The notes beneath the pieces are model-generated. The model saw nothing but the letters and a program-made list of their open reading frames with translations, was not told the DNA's origin and did not search any database. DNA of 64,000 nt from Amphiscolops sp. MND2022. Lineage: Eukaryota. The translations under genes were made by a program, and so were the position numbers. Shown here in pieces: positions 61,601 through 64,000 of the stretch; position 1 is the stretch's first letter; each line of letters starts with the position of its first letter. The DNA is taken from NCBI GenBank assembly GCA_964187785.1, contig OZ076409.1, positions 73,596,001-73,660,000 of the forward strand, given 5' to 3'.

Positions 61601-64000
61601 AATACAATTACTAAACAAATAGCGCCCCCTTGTCTACTGTTCAACCGTGCACGTCTAGGTGCCAATCCCCCCCGGGATGCCACAGCTTCGAGGGCGGGGT
61701 AGGGCCCCCTGCCCGAGTCCAATACCAACGGCGCTAAACTTCGCGCCAGAAACGTAAGGCGATATAGGATTCTGGAGGCGATTTTCTAAACGAGCCATAC
61801 GATTTGGCTCAAATTTTGCATACGGCTTCCTCTAGCGATTCTAAGAACTTTTCCCTACTACCGTTTTGCCCGGAAAATTTTTTTTGTTGACTTATAGACA
61901 ATTTTAGGTGCCGAAAATGGCGTTTTTTCGAAAAATTTTTTTTCAAGAGCCCATATCTCGCTCCCAGGTGCTCGGATCGGGTCGCATGTGGACGTCGATA
62001 TTGCTAGGCACTTCGTAAGGAGTCCGTAGACAAATTTTCGTACAGATCGGATGAAAATTGACTTAGTAATAAAAAACTTTGATTTGCATTTTTTCGAAAA
62101 TTTCTGAAAACCCAGTCTATCTCTGCCGTTTTTTGCCCAGATTTTTTTCCAGGACCTCTCCTAAAGGCCTCCCCTGGCCGGTTTACCTCCCAGAAAAACC
62201 ATTTGGCCCTTTTGCCGCAGTTTCAGCGTTCCAGGATTCCCCGGGTAAAAGTAAAATGTCTTAGAATTTTTTCGAAAAATTTTCAAAAATTTTTTTTTCA
62301 ACTTCAAGCCTCCCAAAGTCAGGAAACGTCCACACAACTAGTATTGCAAGTGAATGCATGTGGAAAGTGCTCGAATAGACGAGAAAAATGAGCTATTATA
62401 AACCTCTGTAGCTCAACCTGACGTTGACTTATGACAATTTTAGTGTGAGCTTGCTATATGGTAAAAAATTTCAAAAATTGAAAATCGAAGCTAAGTCTCA
62501 TCCAAAACTCATCGGAATACGTTCAATCCATACCAAAGCGGTTTGTTCCCAGTTGTAGAGTGCAGCAACACCATTCAAGGTCATTTGACCCACTTTAATA
62601 GGTTTTGACTTTGTCTTATCCATCCGAAAATTCGAAACAGTTTAGTACATTCCATCTCCCCTCCGTGGGAGATGGTAATGTACTCGCAAAAAGCCAAGTA
62701 TAACCGCCCTATTCTACCCGTAGTGGTGCTAGAAGAGCAGTAGCGTGAGCTCCAGGTTTGCAGTAGTCTCTATGTGTTATAATTATATTTTTCATAGCTA
62801 AAAATCTTACTAAACGTGATAAAAAAAATTACATCACTCAAAATTTTTTCAAATATTATTATATGTCCCCAATTGACGCATGTCAACTATTTCACTACAA
62901 CCACCCTACCACCCGGCCCCTCGTATCTTTGTTCAACCGTACACGTCTAGGTGCCATAATCCATTGATTAGCTCAACACTTCGAGGGCGGGGTAGGGCCC
63001 CCAGCCCGAGTCAAAAGTCGAAGACTAACAACTTAAGGCCCATGGTACCTCGAGACCCCGATTTTCTAAACGGCCCATCAGATTTTGCTCAAATTTTGCA
63101 TACGGCTTCCTATAACAATCCTAAGAACTAATCCCTACTGGCATTTTGCCCGGAAAACGCAAAAAGTGGGTCAAAATCTTAGTTTTTTGGTCAAAAAATG
63201 GCGTTTTTTCGAAAAATTTTTTTTCAAGAGCTCATATCTCGCTTCCAGGTGCTCGGAGCGGGTCGCATGTGGACGTTGATATTGCTGGGCACTTCGTAAG
63301 GAGTCCGTAGACAAATTTTCGTTCAGATCGGATGAAAATTGACTGAGTTATAACATATTTAGAAACGCATTTTTTCGCAAATTTCTGGAATCCCAGTCTA
63401 TCTCTGCCGTTTTTTGCCCAGATTTTTTTCCAGGACCTCTCCTAAAGACCTCCCCTGGCCGGTTTACCTCCCAGAAAAACCATTTGGCCCTAAATACGGA
63501 GTTTCAGCGTTCCAGGATTCCCCGGGTAAAAGATAAATGACTTAGAATTTTTTCAAAAATTTTTCAAAAATTTTTTTTTCAACTTCAGGCCTCCCAAAGT
63601 CAAGAAACGTCCACACAACTAGTATTGCAAGTGAATGCATGTGGAAAGTGCTCGAATAGACGAGAAAAATGAGCTATTATAAAGTTCTGTAGCTTAACCT
63701 GACGTTGACTTATGACAATTTTAGTGTGAGCTTGCTATGTGAGAAAAAATTTCAAAAATTGAAAATCGAAGCTAAGTCTCATCCAAAACTCATCCGAATA
63801 CGCTCAATCCATCCCAGAGCGGTTTAATTCTAGCTATATAGTGCAGCAACACCATTCAAGGTCATTTGACTCATTTCTATAGGTTTTGACTCTGTCTTAT
63901 CCATCCGATAGTTCGAAACAGTTGAGTACATTCCATCTCCCCTCCGTGGGAGATGGTAATGTACTCGCAAAAAGTCAAGGTCCTACCACCGTATTCTACC
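52682..64000 (+). mobile_element. Nine units: H 52682-53953, L 53954-55263, L 55264-56579, F 56580-57860, K 57861-59120, F 59121-60400, F 60401-61658, F 61659-62950, F 62951->64000
   Basis: Same subfamilies as left of the autonomous element, in a different order. Each unit is delimited by CTAG|GTG. Confidence 0.85.

Larger units (their letters stand above)
1..64000 (+). repeat. Heterogeneous head-to-tail array of Helitron-like rolling-circle elements (38 units, 37 junctions)
   Basis: Last base of each CTRR-type end: 1639, 3031, 4421, 5810, 8008 (TTAG), 9397, 11592, 12978, 14367, 15642 (CTGG), 16914, 18189, 19458, 20745, 22018, 23292, 24579, 25872, 27886 (CTGG), 29177, 30464, 31736, 33005, 34267, 35583, 36869, 38149, 51611, 52681, 53953, 55263, 56579, 57860, 59120, 60400, 61658, 62950. 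Each is directly followed by GTG(G/C). All units are co-oriented, with no TSD and no intervening unique DNA. Confidence 0.9.

Noticed and set aside
1..64000. True bacterial integron or attC array
   Set aside because: There is no tyrosine recombinase, no GTTRRRY/RYYYAAC cores and no cassette ORFs. The only enzyme is a eukaryotic-type RepHel, so the integron comparison is an analogy only.
1..64000. Tandem 5S rRNA, tRNA, snRNA or histone gene cluster
   Set aside because: I recognised no such gene sequence in the units. An unknown ncRNA cannot be excluded without an Rfam search.

Overview
The whole 64 kb is one head-to-tail array of 38 units (first and last cut off by the window), with no host DNA between them. 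All 37 junctions read CTAG|GTG(G/C), except two CTGG|GTG and one TTAG|GTG. 37 units are non-coding, 1.07-2.2 kb long (mostly about 1.26-1.39 kb), and fall into about 12 related subfamilies in shuffled order. They share a 5' hairpin with a covarying stem, a long subterminal hairpin and, in most, a 3' palindromic box. One unit (38150-51611, 13.5 kb) has the same termini but encodes three proteins: an uninterrupted 2372-aa divergent Helitron-type Rep(HUH/Y2)-Pif1 helicase with a C-terminal GIY-YIG nuclease, an SGNH-fold protein, and a Cys-cluster protein that may bind ssDNA. My best reading is a eukaryotic rolling-circle transposon system whose autonomous and non-autonomous members insert at each other's end junctions and build an integron-like cassette array. 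That mechanism is inference. All family calls come from motifs read by eye, no database search was run, and the host cannot be identified.
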